A stretch of DNA of 62,354 nt, filler included, from Rhabdomonas costata (GCA_019059605.1; 36 parts of 36 records of this genome joined end to end with filler, not necessarily neighbours in it), one strand, 5' to 3'. Counted from the whole stretch's first letter, positions 25,742 to 39,120 are shown. Made by a program: numbers and translations. Notes: generated by a model from the letters alone, not told the origin.

Positions 25742-26884
25742 GTATGCCCCGTCTTAGCAATAGGAGTCTTCCATGTTGCAAACTCAAATTTCACGATGTC
25801 CTCACCCCCTCTCATTTCCATGCTCCTCTTCCTTCTTCTTCGAAATCCCTACCAGCGAGAGTCAGTGGCAGTGCGCAGGCACAGAGTGGATGGGAAATAA
25901 CGATGAGGCCCGTTTCTTATCAAGGATGGACCCCAAAACNNNNNNNNNNNNNNNNNNNNNNNNNNNNNNNNNNNNNNNNNNNNTTAATTAATTAANNNNN
26001 NNNNNNNNNNNNNNNNNNNNNNNNNNNNNNNNNNNNNNNTGTGTTGGGGGGACAAACAAGGGCCCCGCGCCGAGAAACACGGGGAAAGATGTCGAAGCTG
26101 CGTTGGCAAAAAAAAATGACAAAGAGTAAAGTGACAGCAGGGAGTGCAGAAAAACGCGTTCTGCGGAAGTCCAAAAGGACTCCCCATCTGGAAGGCGCGA
26201 GAAAAATCGGCCACCAGGAAATGAAAAACGCGGAGTGTCATGCAGAATCCAGTCGACCGTGTTCTTCTCAGCGATAGTATGAAGAAAGCGAATTGAGAAA
26301 CCGAGTTTCGAGCTGCGGTTTCCGAACATGACATATGAGATCACTGAGGCACGCCATAATCGGACTGTATATACATTTGCCCAAGTTTGTCTCGCACACC
26401 TAACGAAACCCAGAGTAGAATATTCACCTCACCTCAAAATGCATGCAGACGCAGACATGCAAACAGAGAGTGTACAACTGTACAACGCACCCGGCATCCG
26501 CACAAACACTAACAGTCCATCGATCCTTAAAGCAACGTTTCCAGCGCAGCAAAGGGAACCAGCCCTTCACTGTGGAACTCCCCTGCAAGGCAAAAATTGG
26601 GGAAAACACAAAGGGGTGGGGACCTTTTCACCGCCCCTCTCTCACGACACTTGCGCAGAGGCCGGAATCGCCATTAAGTCCTCTGAATACGTTTGCCGTC
26701 AAACGGCTTCACTCTAATCTCAGTATACTTGAGAATTAGATAATGTAAAGAAGGTCACCGATTCCACTCATGAATTCCACTCCCAGTCAATGCACTTCAA
26801 AGCGAGGCAACCCACACACGTGCATACAAACCCGGGTCCAGAAACATCAGTCGCGCCCGGGCCCGGGGGCTTCCCATCAGAAAC

Positions 26885-27461
26885 CTGGGCTTGAGGCTTC
26901 CCTTTGGCCAGAAGCTTATCCACGCTGGCCGAAGTTTGGTTCGCCAAACCTCTCAGCAGCCCCTGCACGTCAAGGTTCTGCCCAAAATGGAAGAAGTAAA
27001 GGCTCCAGCAAGTCAAGCGCACTGACGAAGCAACTAAAGGTTCCAACACTACACTTTGCATAACCTCCAGTAATGGTGTAGGACGCAGAATTCACTGCTC
27101 GCTTCAAACCACAACACACAAGCAAAGACATCGGAGTCATTTTGGAAAATGCAAGCATTGCTGAACCTTTGCAGAAGGAAGTTTCCCATTCGACAGTCAA
27201 CCGAATTTAGCTCTTCACTTCCAGAAGTACACCCATTCCCTCGTCCCCGGAACACACACCACTTGCTGGACTGCAGACGTGACCCCGGTTGCCCTTCCCC
27301 GGCGAATCACCTTAACCATTTCCTCTCGTGGCGGTGCGGCAGCCGCGCGTGGTTTTGGCATGCCCTTCCCACGCAAGCCTCGAGCACCATTCGTGGGCGA
27401 GCCAACAGGAGAGCCAACAGGAGAGCCAACAGGGGAACCCCCAGGAGAGCCAAAACTGAGC
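26885..27461 (-). CDS. Two exons (27461-27263, 26977-26885) of an unknown protein with GSPV repeats
   Basis: SFGSPGGSPVGSPVGSPVGSPTNG...TSAVQQ|gt...ag|NLDVQGLLRGLANQTSASVDKLLAKGKPQAQ|gt; phase-0 join; 12-bp coding tandem repeat at 27399-27453. Confidence 0.55.
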
Positions 27462-28303
27462 CTACAGGTGCGCAGTGGAGCCCAAAAATGGGACACGAGA
27501 GAGTCGAAAAACAAAACAAGAAAAGTTTTCCATGGCACTCACCCCCCAAGGAGGGTGAGAGCCTGCATGATTTGTCTCTGTACTTACGGGGACCCTTATT
27601 CTGCCGGCTTACGGCTTACGAAGCGCAAGCCCTCGAATCGTCTCATCTCGTCTTTTGTCGAAAAACCCAAACAANNNNNNNNNNNNNNNNNNNNNNNNNN
27701 NNNNNNNNNNNNNNNNNNTTAATTAATTAANNNNNNNNNNNNNNNNNNNNNNNNNNNNNNNNNNNNNNNNNNNNGGGGGGTTGGTTTCGTGTTTTGTTTT
27801 GTTTTGGAATAGTGATTTGGAGGCTCATCGCAGCCTGTATGAAGAATTTTTGGTGTTGGTGGATGAATTTGGGAACCTATCATCCAGTTTTGGCCACGGT
27901 AGTCAGAAAAGAAAGCAGCGGGCGGCGGCTGTCTTCAATTGCCTCATGGTATATGTTGAGATCACTCAAAAGAGAGTAAGAGGGGGGTAGCCAAGCAGCG
28001 GAGCAAGAACTCTTGCCGTGTAATGGACAGGCGTTTGCGAAAATCGTCCACGGCAAGAAATGTCTGAGTCCGCCTCTTGGTTTCTAGAAATTCTCGGCTG
28101 CGCAGTTGCAGGGCGCCAAGAGCGCCAACATCCTTGAGAAATCCTTCAATTGAACCGGCTTTTGTGGCAAAACACGCCAAAACAAATTTTCAGAATTAAA
28201 ATGACCAAATAACAAACTGAACGGGCCCACGATGGGATTTATTTTGGGTCACGGCTTCTCCTTCGGTTTACCATGCTTCCTCAAATTTTCTCCTGCGGTG
28301 CAG

Positions 28304-28506
28304 GCCCTGAAGTTCTTCTTCGCGCTGATCGCCTGTGTAGCCCCGGACTCTGCCGAGCCCCTCAGCGCGGTGTGCCTCACCATTGACGTGCTTCTGCTGG
28401 TGCAGTTCCTGTGGGACATCCCGTTGGTCATTCTGTGGAAGCTGGACGTCGGGAAGGCTGTGTTCGAGCACCGTGTGGCCTCTGGCTCGTTCATGATTTC
28501 CGGGAG
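28304..28506 (+). CDS. Internal exon of an unknown membrane protein
   Basis: tgcag|ALKFFFALIACVAPDSAEPLSAVCLTIDVLLLVQFLWDIPLVILWKLDVGKAVFEHRVASGSFMISG|gtac; high GC3. Confidence 0.5.
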
Positions 28507-29963
28507 GTACGAGCCGCCACCTCCGGTCACCAACAGCCCGCAGTGGGCCGCAGTGACCTCCGGGGATGACTCCCCACACAAGGATGCAGCACTTCCAAAT
28601 GAGATGCAAGTGAAGGAGCTGTGAGGGGTACTTTTCTTTTTAGTCTTGGTTTTGCTGACACACACGGAGCTCTTTTCAGCTGTAGCCTTGATTGGCATCT
28701 TCTTTCTGGCTTTTACCAGTGCCTCCTTGGTTTTCTTTTTGTTTTTCGGTTCGAGCTTGCGGGTGAGCAAGTGCGAGAGGGAACGGTGAGCTGCATGCGG
28801 AAGGGTGCTTCAGAGTTTTCCCATTTATTGGCACTTTGGTCTTTTTTTTTGCATTTATCCTGTGCTTTATCACGTCTATTCATATTCTTCACGAAAGGGA
28901 GGAGGAGCTTTTTGATATTTTGTGGTTGGTGGAGACCCGCACCCGAAGGCCCCTTAGCACGCAGTTGGGGATTGTGCTTGACCTTCTTGCCACTGAGCAA
29001 ATCTTCGTGGCATATATACCTTCCGGTGCATGTATATAGCGTCCCCTTCGTTCCTTTCTGGGAGTGGGGGTGACATCTGTTGCTTCTTCTTCTTCTTCTT
29101 CTTCCTTTTCTTCTTCCATTGGTGATATCAACTCAATGGTAACAGCATGTGCCTGGTTTCTCTTTCGTGTACCGAGTGCTTCCGCTTCCGAATTGACGAA
29201 AGCGAAGTTGAGGCAGCATTTGCCCGCACCATCCCCAGGCAGTGCATTGCATTGGGTCCTCCGACTGCCGTTATGAGTGGTGGTGGTGGTGGTGGTGATA
29301 GGACACCCTTCCACTTCGAAAAACTGCGTCTTTTGCAGACCTGGGTGGAGGCAACTGGGTGATTGGGGAAAGAGAAGAAGAAGAAGAAGCAACAGATGTC
29401 ACCCCAACANNNNNNNNNNNNNNNNNNNNNNNNNNNNNNNNNNNNNNNNNNNNTTAATTAATTAANNNNNNNNNNNNNNNNNNNNNNNNNNNNNNNNNNN
29501 NNNNNNNNNGGTGTTGGGGGGGATTCCCTAAGGTATATAAAAACGTGCTTCTCTTTTCATCATCTTTTCCCTCAATTTTTCACTCGTTCTTTTCTTTACC
29601 TCGGTCAAGAACGAGGTGGTGGCAGCTTTGAGTGACCCGTTTCAATGGGGTGACACAATGTGAGTTTTGAGGGGGTGCAGAGGCTTCGCCAAGGCTGGCA
29701 GGGCTGTTGTCTGGTGGTTCGACTTGTGCTTCAATTTTGTGCTGGTCTGCAGACTGTGTAGGTCTGCAGAATAAAAAGTAATATAAGAGACACCGCTTAT
29801 ATTTTTTACTCACATTTTCGCTCATTTGTTTTCGTATTACGTTTATATTAGGTTCTGGCAGGGTATCAGAGATTCATCTATCAGTTCATCCTTCATCGCT
29901 TCCGAACCAAACTCCTTGTGTGGTCCTTTATGAGTCAATCCTTCTTCTTGTTGCTGTTTCCAG

Positions 29964-30325
29964 GGGGCAAGCACTACAGCCCCGGGGTGGATGTGTGGAG
30001 CCTGGGCGCGATCTTCGCGGAGATGGCGTCGAAGAAACCGCTGTTCCCGGGGGACTCCGAGATCGACGAGCTGTACAAGATCTTCCGCGTGCTGGGCACC
30101 CCGAACGAGCACGTGTGGCCCGGGGTCACCTCGCTGCCGGACTACAAGCCGATCTTCCCGCAGTGGCGGGCGCAGCCCCTGGCGACGCACTGCCCCGCCT
30201 TGGACGCCACGGCGCTGGACTTGCTGGCGAAGATGCTGACCTACGAGCCCGCCCGCCGGCCCTCGTCGAAGGTGACGATGAGCCACCCCTACTTCGAGGA
30301 GCTGCGTTCTGGATTGGTTGTTTAA
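29964..30325 (+). CDS. CDK1: Terminal exon of a CDK1/CDK2-type (CRK3-like) cyclin-dependent kinase
   Basis: GKHYSPGVDVWSLGAIFAEMASKKPLFPGDSEIDELYKIFRVLGTPNEHVWPGVTSLPDYKPIFPQW...DLLAKMLTYEPARR...HPYF; GDSEID motif; ttccag acceptor; TAA stop. Confidence 0.93.
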
Positions 30326-31057
30326 CCCTTCGGTCGTCGAGTCAAAAGGGAGTGTGGTTTGTGGCAGAGAGAACTGCTCTGTCTTGTATTTTGCTATTTC
30401 GGTTGTTCAACTCTTGATCTCTAGGATAATTAGAGCGCTTTACACCTCTCTCAGTTGAGGGTGTACGGCGCGGGTAGCTTTCGCCTTTTCTGGTTTTCCC
30501 TTCCCCACGTTGCTTCATCGTCCACTCGTCGGGCAGCTGGTTTGTCTGTTTGCTTGTGTTTTACTGTAAAAAAAAATGTTTGTTTGTATTTGCTCTGAAA
30601 AACCAGCTTGGTTTCTCTCGTGGATTTTCGCCGCTCACAAATCACAAGTCAATATAAAAAAGAACAAGGTCCGCAGAAAGTCCTTGACCAATGTGACCCT
30701 GTCGCGAAATGCTGGATTGTTGAGTTGGCACTTCTAATTTTTTCCCGGGCGGCAAGGACAGTTATGTCTCCAGACACACTCGTACCCATCCGTGTTCAGC
30801 GTCGTCCAAAATAATGAACATCTGCCGAAGAACCATCTGCATAATTTGGGCAACGTTTCGGCGGATCCCGCATCCTTCCTTGCTCGGACCAGCTCCTACC
30901 GCATTCCACCCCACCCCACCCATCTTGACACATCAATGGTCATCGCCTCAGGCCGCGTTGCACGGAAAACCCTGCCGCAGATTGTTGTGTTTCTGCTCGA
31001 GCATTCGGGTGATGTCGACTGCTTGAATCGAGGATCGGTTCTCCTCCTCCTCCTGTT

Positions 31058-31140
31058 GTTGTTTATCCACGGGGTTTCCAGGGCTTTTTTTGGCGTGTTA
31101 GCATTTTCTGTTCACCCTGGAAACCCCGTGGATAAACAAC
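31058..31140. repeat. 26-bp perfect inverted repeat at the fragment end
   Basis: GTTGTTTATCCACGGGGTTTCCAGGG (31058-31083) pairs with 31115-31140. Confidence 0.9.
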
Positions 31141-32708
31141 CACANNNNNNNNNNNNNNNNNNNNNNNNNNNNNNNNNNNNNNNNNNNNTTAATTAATTAA
31201 NNNNNNNNNNNNNNNNNNNNNNNNNNNNNNNNNNNNNNNNNNNNTTGTTTGTGTAGCGCAATGGGGTGATTCCCTTCCCTTCCCAACCGTGGACACCTTG
31301 GGGGCTCATAAACACTAAATGGGGAAACACTAAATGAGTATAAACATCTCGGCTGGTGTCTAACGGGAAGGCGCGCGTTAACAAAACATGGCCACTTCCG
31401 CCCCCCCCCCCCCCCCCCCCGCCACAAACACCATCGTTTCCTTGGGAACTTTTGTTGAGAACAGGAGAGACACGCCCAGGGAAACAGAAGGGAAACCCGA
31501 AGGTGACACAGGACCTATTTGAAGACAGCGTAACGTGACCTAGAGCAGTTTACAAGAGGATGTTGACACAGTCCAAACACGTCCAGACCTCTGTGGTTCC
31601 TTGCGAGACAATCTCGTGCAAAAATGTTTGCCCAATCCACAGAAACTATCATGGTCCGGGACGTCTGTGGGGAGTGTTAGAAGACAGCGCGTGGGTGCGC
31701 CACTTGGCTGGTGAGAGAGAATGTCCTCCAGGAAACGGCGCTCAAGAGGGTCAGGGAACGTCTCACTTTTTTCAGGTCCTCCTGACTGGGGGCAGCGCGC
31801 CGGTGGGGTGTAAGAGTAGCAGGAACGGCCATTGAGCCAGGGGGTGTGGGGCACCAAACAACAGATTAAAATACACTGTGCTACAGAAAGGGTCGAATCA
31901 TGTCACAACCAAAAAACCTCCCCCATCTCAGAGTCAGTTGATTCGGTAACTGGCACGCCTTACCCACCTTAACCAACCTAACAAACCACACAAAGTGAAA
32001 AACGAGATAAAAAATAAACATGTCAGCAAATTTGTAAGCAAGATTTCCAAAAAAAGGGCATTTAGGGATTAAGCGCCACAGGGTACAGAGGGGGAACGCT
32101 GTTCCCAATCCCATCACTGCGCAAAGTTTGCAAAGTTTGGACTGTAACTGTTGAAAGATTCCAAGAGTTCCCAAGGAAACTGCGATTAAATATCCGCCGC
32201 AAAGCACAATTTCCTACGTTTTGGTTAAAGACTATGAGGCAGAGATGATGAATGAAGCAAAGGTGGATGCTTTTTTATATGGTACATTAAATAGTTCTTT
32301 CCGTTTCAATTGTGTCTCCAGACTAATTTGGCAAGTTTTCTTGGGTTCTGTTGGATGAAGACAAGAAAGATATTTCATCTTTCAAATCATTTAAAATTAT
32401 GGTTCGATTCCACCGCGAAATTACATTGGAGGGATGCTGTGGACAACTCTTGTACTGCAACATTCACTGGCGGTCCAGGTTCCACTGGTCGTTTTGGTCG
32501 CCCGAGTAAGCTTAAATAATCGAAGTAATCGGAAACCGCCTGCCGTGGTGGAAGCTCTTGGCTGGTGAACCCAATGCCCCCCCCCCATTTGCGTTGCATT
32601 GATGTAAGCATTCATGCTTGAATGCATTTCCCGAAGCATAGGTTAGCCATAAATGTATTTCAGGTGCATTTTTTTGCCGATCAAAGTCACAGCACTGCGG
32701 CACGTGTG

Positions 32709-32872
32709 TGTTTCTATTCTGTCTTTACATCGCACAAACATACACAAACACGAACAAACAGACACAACTGCCCCTAAGTCAAAGAATAATTCCTGCTTCT
32801 TAGACAGGGGCAGTTGTGTCTGTTTGTTCGTGTTTGTGTATGTTTGTGCGATGTAAAGACAGAATAGAAACA
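32709..32872. repeat. 67-bp perfect inverted repeat at the fragment end
   Basis: 32709-32775 is the reverse complement of 32806-32872; 30-nt loop. Confidence 0.93.
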
Positions 32873-33309
32873 AACACNNNNNNNNNNNNNNNNNNNNNNN
32901 NNNNNNNNNNNNNNNNNNNNNTTAATTAATTAANNNNNNNNNNNNNNNNNNNNNNNNNNNNNNNNNNNNNNNNNNNNGGTTTGGGGTGAGGGTGAAGGCA
33001 ACTCTGGCTCCACCCTTTCCAGGAGGGGTTCTGCGAAACGTGGGAGTCAGCAGGTGTCTGGATGGGATCATAAGTTGTCTCTGCGCTCATGATTGACTGA
33101 ATGCACACACATGCAAACACCATTGGCATTTGTATCGAACGATTCGCCATACTTCCACACACATTCGCTTCCTGCCTTTCAGAGGGGAAGGCACCCGTGT
33201 AAAGTCACGGATCACAAGGAAAGCCCACTTCAGTGGGTTGGGCTGATACCAGGCAAAGGGGATGCGTGCAGGGGAGATGCGGAGACGCAGTGCCACGCGG
33301 AGCTGTTAC

Positions 33310-34313
33310 CTGTCCAGCTCGGTCTGCTTCTCCTTGATCATCTGCTGCAGCTCCTTTTGCTTTCGCTTCCGTACGCCATCCTCCCCCTCGACCTTGTTCC
33401 GCATCCCAATGGCCTGCCCCCGAAGAGGTGGGCGGTAAGAAAAAGGCTTGCAACCCTACCCATCCCTATGCGCATCCCACACTTCACCAAGAAAGCAAAC
33501 TTCCCCTGAACATCATTTTACGTAAATCCTTCTTTCCGTTCAGTTAATCGCACAGCCGTCCAACCAAACAGCGCCTGTCGTTCTACTGGTTTTTGGTTTG
33601 CCGAAGACATTGGGGTTCCTGGCCGACCCATTATCTCGGGCAATATAAATCATTTCTCCCTCAACCTCCTTATTCTGGTCTCACGCACCCGAAGCTTCTC
33701 GTTCTCAATCTTCTGGCCCTGCGCTTGGACAGCCGTCATGTGCCCCTCGATCATATCTTTGAAAGTCTTCAACTCTGAAAGGTGAAAGAAAAGGTTCCCA
33801 ACCAACACCTCAATTCAATCACCTGATCAGGTTCTCGTGCTTGTGCAAATGTGTCTGTGGGAATGTGGATGGTGAGGGAGTGTCAAACACAAGTGTGTCA
33901 CCCGCATTGTGCTTGCCAAACCGTACTGAATTCCGTCTCATGTGTGTGTGCATTGTGGTATCGGGCCTGTTATTGCTTGCAAGCTCGTTTCAGTGGTCTC
34001 AAGCAATGCCTCGATTGCGCAGTGTGGTCGGTTGCACCAAACGAGAAGGGTATCATTACAGTAGCGGAGAATCTACTCGGCGGTCTGCAGCAAGAAGAGA
34101 GAGAGAGAAAGCAGAGAAAGCGGTGGGGTGGGGGGTCGACACTTTGGTTGAACTGAGTGGCCAAGGACTGCAGCTCCAGAGCCTCCTTGAACTTTTCCGG
34201 GTCATAAATTCGCAGCTCTGCGGCCTCATCGAACATCACCTGCCATGTGCAGGGGGTAAGGCAAGTGTGGCGCGCGTGAGAGAGCGGGTTACCAGGGAGT
34301 CACCAGCTCCCAT
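33310..34313 (-). CDS. IFT20: Intraflagellar transport protein 20 (exons 34313-34293, 34239-34143, 33774-33689, 33413-33310; last exon off-fragment)
   Basis: MGAGDSL-VMFDEAAELRIYDPEKFKEALELQSLATQFNQ-KLKTFKDMIEGHMTAVQAQGQKIENEKLR-AIGMRNKVEGEDGVRKRKQKELQQMIKEKQTELDR; GT-AG introns. Confidence 0.95.
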
Positions 34314-34366
34314 TTTGGGAGATTGATAGCAGAGAGCTTGAAACGACTTCGTGTCTGTGCAGCAGC

Positions 34367-34410
34367 CTGGCGAGTGAAAAAACGAGCACCCAGAGCCCAA
34401 AAAAAAAAAA
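34367..34410 (-). promoter_or_regulatory. Polypyrimidine tract + AG 53 nt upstream of the IFT20 ATG (possible SL trans-splice acceptor or 5'UTR intron acceptor)
   Basis: Minus strand reads T12...GTTTTTTCACTCGCCAG|. A GT donor at 34426 allows the cis-intron alternative. Confidence 0.35.
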
Positions 34411-35247
34411 TGCACACGCTCCCCACCTCTTGGGTATTTCCAAAAGCCTTGGCGCTAGCATGATCATTTGTCAAAGCCCAGCAACGGGCTCGTCCTCAGC
34501 CAGCAGTACTAGTTAAGCGCGCCTCACCCACAACGAAGTTTCCAATTGAACTGTGGTTTTCGCAGCTGCGTTCTTTTTGTGTCAACACATTTGCAGCTTC
34601 CCCCACCCAACCNNNNNNNNNNNNNNNNNNNNNNNNNNNNNNNNNNNNNNNNNNNNTTAATTAATTAANNNNNNNNNNNNNNNNNNNNNNNNNNNNNNNN
34701 NNNNNNNNNNNNGGGGTGGGGGTCCGATCAGGATTGGAGGCTGTAGAAGGAGGAGAAGTTGGAGGAGAAGGACAACATGCGTGAGAGAGGACGGGAGGGA
34801 AAGGGACGCAGAATATGGCATTTGGGTAATGCAAAGGGTCGGATGGAACCTGTGAAGAAAGCAAACAGGCGAATGTGGGGGTGCGGAGGAAGGAAGTCAA
34901 ACAAGAAACCCAAAACAGAGAACGACAACACACAATTCAAAAATCAAAAGTTGGTCAAACGATTCACGATCCAAAAAAGGCATCTGATTTCTCGCCCTTG
35001 TCTTGTGTGCTTGTATGTAGTGAACAGACCTCACTCATGTATCTATATTTACTTTTTGAAAAAGGATCTCAATCACATGACCTGCAAAATTTTAGAGACA
35101 TAAACACAAGAATAGTATAAAATTAGATTTCTGTCTCGAAGAGCTGATTCTGAAGCTGATTCCTCTGTGGAAACGAAATTCAGATACCATGAAGCAGCTT
35201 TATCGGAATCTGGGAATTACGCTGCGTTGCGTTGTGCCTTTCATTTG

Positions 35248-36080
35248 ATGAACGTTTCGGCGCTCGTTTCAAGGGTACCATACAAAAATCCCGACAGAGT
35301 AGTAAACTCCGTTCATTCTCTTTCCCGGAAAGTAGTCACTTTGCGCCCGGTGCTGGATAAACTTGGTGTGTTTGGAATGTTTCTTTGTGGGTTGAGGTCT
35401 TCTCCAGAAAAGAAAGAGCGGTTTATTTTCTATTATATGTCCACTTTTTGTGTTGATGGTTTGCTTTGGTAGGGTATTGGGGTGCACAAACGGGTCTTAA
35501 AATAGTTTGAAATTCTGACCGTGTGCAGCAGTGCGGGGATGCTTTTCAATTAAATTCCGTTTATCCCTTTGATTTTTATTCTTGAATCATCATTGTACAT
35601 TTCAGTTGAGCGAGATGGAACTGAAAGGACGTTGATCGCCATGGTTGGTACTTTGACCATTACTCACCAGGGGTTGCCGTACAACATCCCGGTTGTCATT
35701 TGGATTGTCCTGGACTTTCCTGAGTCTCCTCCTCTGTGTTTTGTTTCACCAAAGTCTGGCATGGTTTTGAAACCTGGTCACAAACATGTGGATTTGGAAG
35801 GCACATGCTATCTTCCTTACCTGGCTTACGTATGTCTCTTCTTGTCTTGTAGTTGTTATTTTTCAAACGAGAAGAACTCACTCCCGATTTGCTGGCATTT
35901 CCGCAGTGGCAGGATCAAACGCACGACCTGGTTCATCTTTGTGAGGAGCTTGTCGCTGTCTTCAGCACTGATCCTCCACTGTTCTCCAGCAGTGAGGCCG
36001 CCGTTAAATCGCGTATGTTGAGGCAACCCGCGACACCAGACAATGCTATAGGACCCCCCGTGCGAGCACCCAGGCCGCGC
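35248..36080 (+). CDS. TSG101: ESCRT-I subunit TSG101/Vps23, UEV domain (exons 35248-35365, 35606-35829, 35907-~36080)
   Basis: PYKNPDRV...LRPVLD...DGTERTLIAMVGTLTITHQGLPYNIPVVIWIVLDFPESPPLCFVSPKSGMVLKPGHKHVDLEGTCYLPYLAY-W...DLVHLCEELVAVFSTDPPLFS, then a Pro-rich linker. Confidence 0.95.
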
Positions 36081-37911
36081 GTGTGTTCACTAGGAAACTT
36101 TTCTTTCCCGCTGTCCCCTTCTCCTCTGTCTTTTCCTTTTGCAAGCGTATGCAAACAATATACACTGTCCCAGTGACCCAAGCCCAAATGGGCTTTCAAT
36201 GTCGGTTTTCCGAACAGCACACCTTCTTATTTGTCACAAAGTGTCAACAAGCAACAGCAAAGTCAAATAGATAAGACCAAAAAACACGTAAGCAAGCCTT
36301 TCTTATGATTTAACTGGGACCTGCTGGAGCGGGCACCCCATTAAGGNNNNNNNNNNNNNNNNNNNNNNNNNNNNNNNNNNNNNNNNNNNNTTAATTAATT
36401 AANNNNNNNNNNNNNNNNNNNNNNNNNNNNNNNNNNNNNNNNNNNNTTGTTGTGGGACCGTCGTCGTCTAGGATGTGGTGTCGCGTTGTCTAGCACTGTT
36501 TTGGTGTTCGGTGCAGAGCACCGTGGCTGAGAGAGACTTTTTTTGGGGGGGGGTCTGATTTGTCATGCTGAGAGGTAGGCAATTGTGTTTCCTGCCGCTG
36601 GGTACGGGCTTGCACACGTAGTGGTTTTTTCTGGGTTTTATTTGATAGATATACTGGCAAGTTGCGGTTTTCCGTTTCTTATATTGGTTGAGGTGGGTTT
36701 CAGGTATCTGATTTTACTGGTGTGCCGCTTTTTCTCCCGCCTCAATCGCCCGCGCATTTCCGCATGTGGTGATTTTCTTCCTCTAGGTGTGTGTCACTCA
36801 GGTTTGGAGCCTGTTTTGCGTTCCCCGCGTGCGACCCAAACTCTGGTTCAGGCCCTTGTGGGTTACCTGTGGAGGTGGCCTGTGCCGCGTTGTGCCCCTT
36901 ACCTATTTACACGCGGGAGACAGACAGGCAGACACAGGCAGGCAGACGTGGATGTTGTGCTCGTTTGGGGCCTTTTGAGTGGAAGAGGAGTATGCGGTGT
37001 TTCTCCTCACAAGACCCCATATCAGTCCCTTGCATTTGTTTTGTGTAGTTGATGTGTGCGCAGCTTTACGGGCACTTAGAGGGGCATCTCTTTCGTGACT
37101 CCGCACGTCCGTTTCTGCGACTCGGTGTGAAGTATATGCGGTGCGGAATTGGAGCGCGTGGTCACCTAATGTAGATGTGTTTTCACTCACATAAGGGGTG
37201 CTAGGATGACCGGCCCCACACACCACGCAGGACCACATTTTTTCTCTTGACTTTTTTTTAACGCTTGGGAGATCTCGAAGGTGCTGGTTCCGATGACCGT
37301 TTTTCAATCTCGGTGTTGAGGTTAGTGTATTTGTGTATTCGCGTTTCAAATTTACTCATTTTTCACTCATTTTGCTTTCGCGCGTTTCTTCTTGTCAGTT
37401 GTCTTGCTCTCGATGTGCTTTGTCCACCGGAACCATTGTCCACTGTGCAATTGGAGCTGGTTTTGCATTGCTTTCTCCAGAAGCGATGCAAGTTGAGATG
37501 GGCAGCACCTGGTCCTTCGCGTCTCCTGAGGCGCGAGTAAAAGGCCGTGCGCGAGTGATAAATCAGGAAGTACGATAAGTTAGGTTTGGGTTACAGAGTG
37601 TTTGGTTAGTATTTTCTTGCAAAAAAAATCTTTCAGATTGCAGCTGGAAACCAAAGGGCCTCTGTGCACTGAAGGCTAAATGACCTCCTTGCACCGGTGG
37701 TGACACTTTTTGCTGGCTTGTATTCTTCCCCGCCCTCATGTGGCGCTTTTTTCCACTTGCAGAATTAGTTTGATGCGACACCCGCAAGAGAGAGAGAGAG
37801 AGAGCAGAGGGTATGCCTGCCCGCTATCTCCGAAGTGGATCAACAGCAAGACTCGCGTCATGCAACCAAAAACACACGTGTACTTGCGTTTGATTTTGAT
37901 TTAGTTTTACG

Positions 37912-38066
37912 AGCAATCGCGGTATATAGATGAACCTTCCTCCAGCCAGGCGGTGGTTCGGAGATTCGGTAGATACAAGCTATTCTGTGTTATTTGCTAC
38001 TCCCCATTCTCCCTTTTAAATTCCGATATGCTGAAGGAAGGTTCATCTATATACCGCGATTGCTCT
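37912..38066. repeat. ~36-bp near-perfect inverted repeat at the fragment end
   Basis: GAGCAATCGCGGTATATAGATGAACCTTCCTCCAGC (~37911-37946) pairs with GCTGAAGGAAGGTTCATCTATATACCGCGATTGCTC (~38030-38065). Confidence 0.9.
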
Positions 38067-38181
38067 TAAAACCAACCAAAANNNNNNNNNNNNNNNNNNN
38101 NNNNNNNNNNNNNNNNNNNNNNNNNTTAATTAATTAANNNNNNNNNNNNNNNNNNNNNNNNNNNNNNNNNNNNNNNNNNNN

Positions 38182-39120
38182 GGTGACAACGAGAGCAGCG
38201 AGAACAAGAGCATCGAGAACTAGAGCAAGCAACCCTCCACTGGGGTCGCGGGGGACTCACCCGCGCACACACCCAAGCACACCCACACATCGAACTATCC
38301 CATCACAACAAGGCAACGGAAGAACCGAACCCAAGCCAACCACCCACACCTAGCACCGCGAATCCTACGCAAACCACCACGAACACCACTTCCGAACGCA
38401 CACCCACCGTAGAAGCACACAACACAGCGAAGGAACCCGTAGCACAACAGAGACACACGACAACCTATGCGGAAGGACACAGACACCCAAACCCACCCCA
38501 AGCACCAAGGACAACGCAGGCACCACCCTCGAATCCACACCCCAGCAGGAGTCAAACAAACCGCGAGAGGAACCCAGGAGCACTACGGAACAAAGGATAC
38601 ATAATATCGACACCGAACCCAGAAAGCCTTGAGAAGCAACCCCGAACCGTTACCAGCACGGCCAACGCAAGAGCCGAACCCAGAGACGAAAACCCAAGCC
38701 CCAAAGACACAGCACAAGCCCAAGCAAGCACCCCAAATACACACAACGACACAGAGGACGCAACACACGTAGCGAAGGAACCCATGAACACAACGGAATC
38801 AGAACCCAGCACAGAACCCTGAGACACAGAAGGCCCAACACACACACACACACCCAAACTCCCATCCGCATCCACCCACCCAACGCACACCCAACCACCA
38901 CCGAACGCCAAGAGATCGCCAGACGCAAGGGGAACTATGAAGGCCAGATAACGCAAACCGACCCCAGAGACAGTGAAAATTCTATGCCCAACACCCAGGG
39001 AGGAAGCAGAGAATACCCACTACGCAAGGAAGGCCGACTACTAACCTGAACCCCGAAGACCAAAACCAGAAATCCAACCCGACACCACCCGGCTACGTCA
39101 CCCCGGGGCATGTTGGTCCC
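38182..39120. repeat. Strand-asymmetric A/C-rich (T-depleted) degenerate repeat tract
   Basis: Very few T on the + strand; recurring GCGAAGGAACCC, CCGAAC(G/C)C and GAACCCAG words; minus-strand ORFs are V/G/C/L compositional artefacts. Confidence 0.6.

Noticed and set aside
22570..30325. Apparent cell-cycle cluster (primase, CDK-like kinase, CDK1)
   Set aside because: The genes are on separate contigs, and their order reflects only contig length sorting.
32395..32420. GGTTCGATTCC T-loop-like word
   Set aside because: No D-arm, anticodon arm or acceptor stem could be folded around it.
17418..36080. Euglenid non-conventional (non-GT-AG, stem-loop) introns or stop-codon reassignment
   Set aside because: Every intron in well-conserved genes (AP1S, PRIM2, IFT20, TSG101, kinases) resolves as GT-AG, and exons contain no in-frame stops. 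There is no support here.
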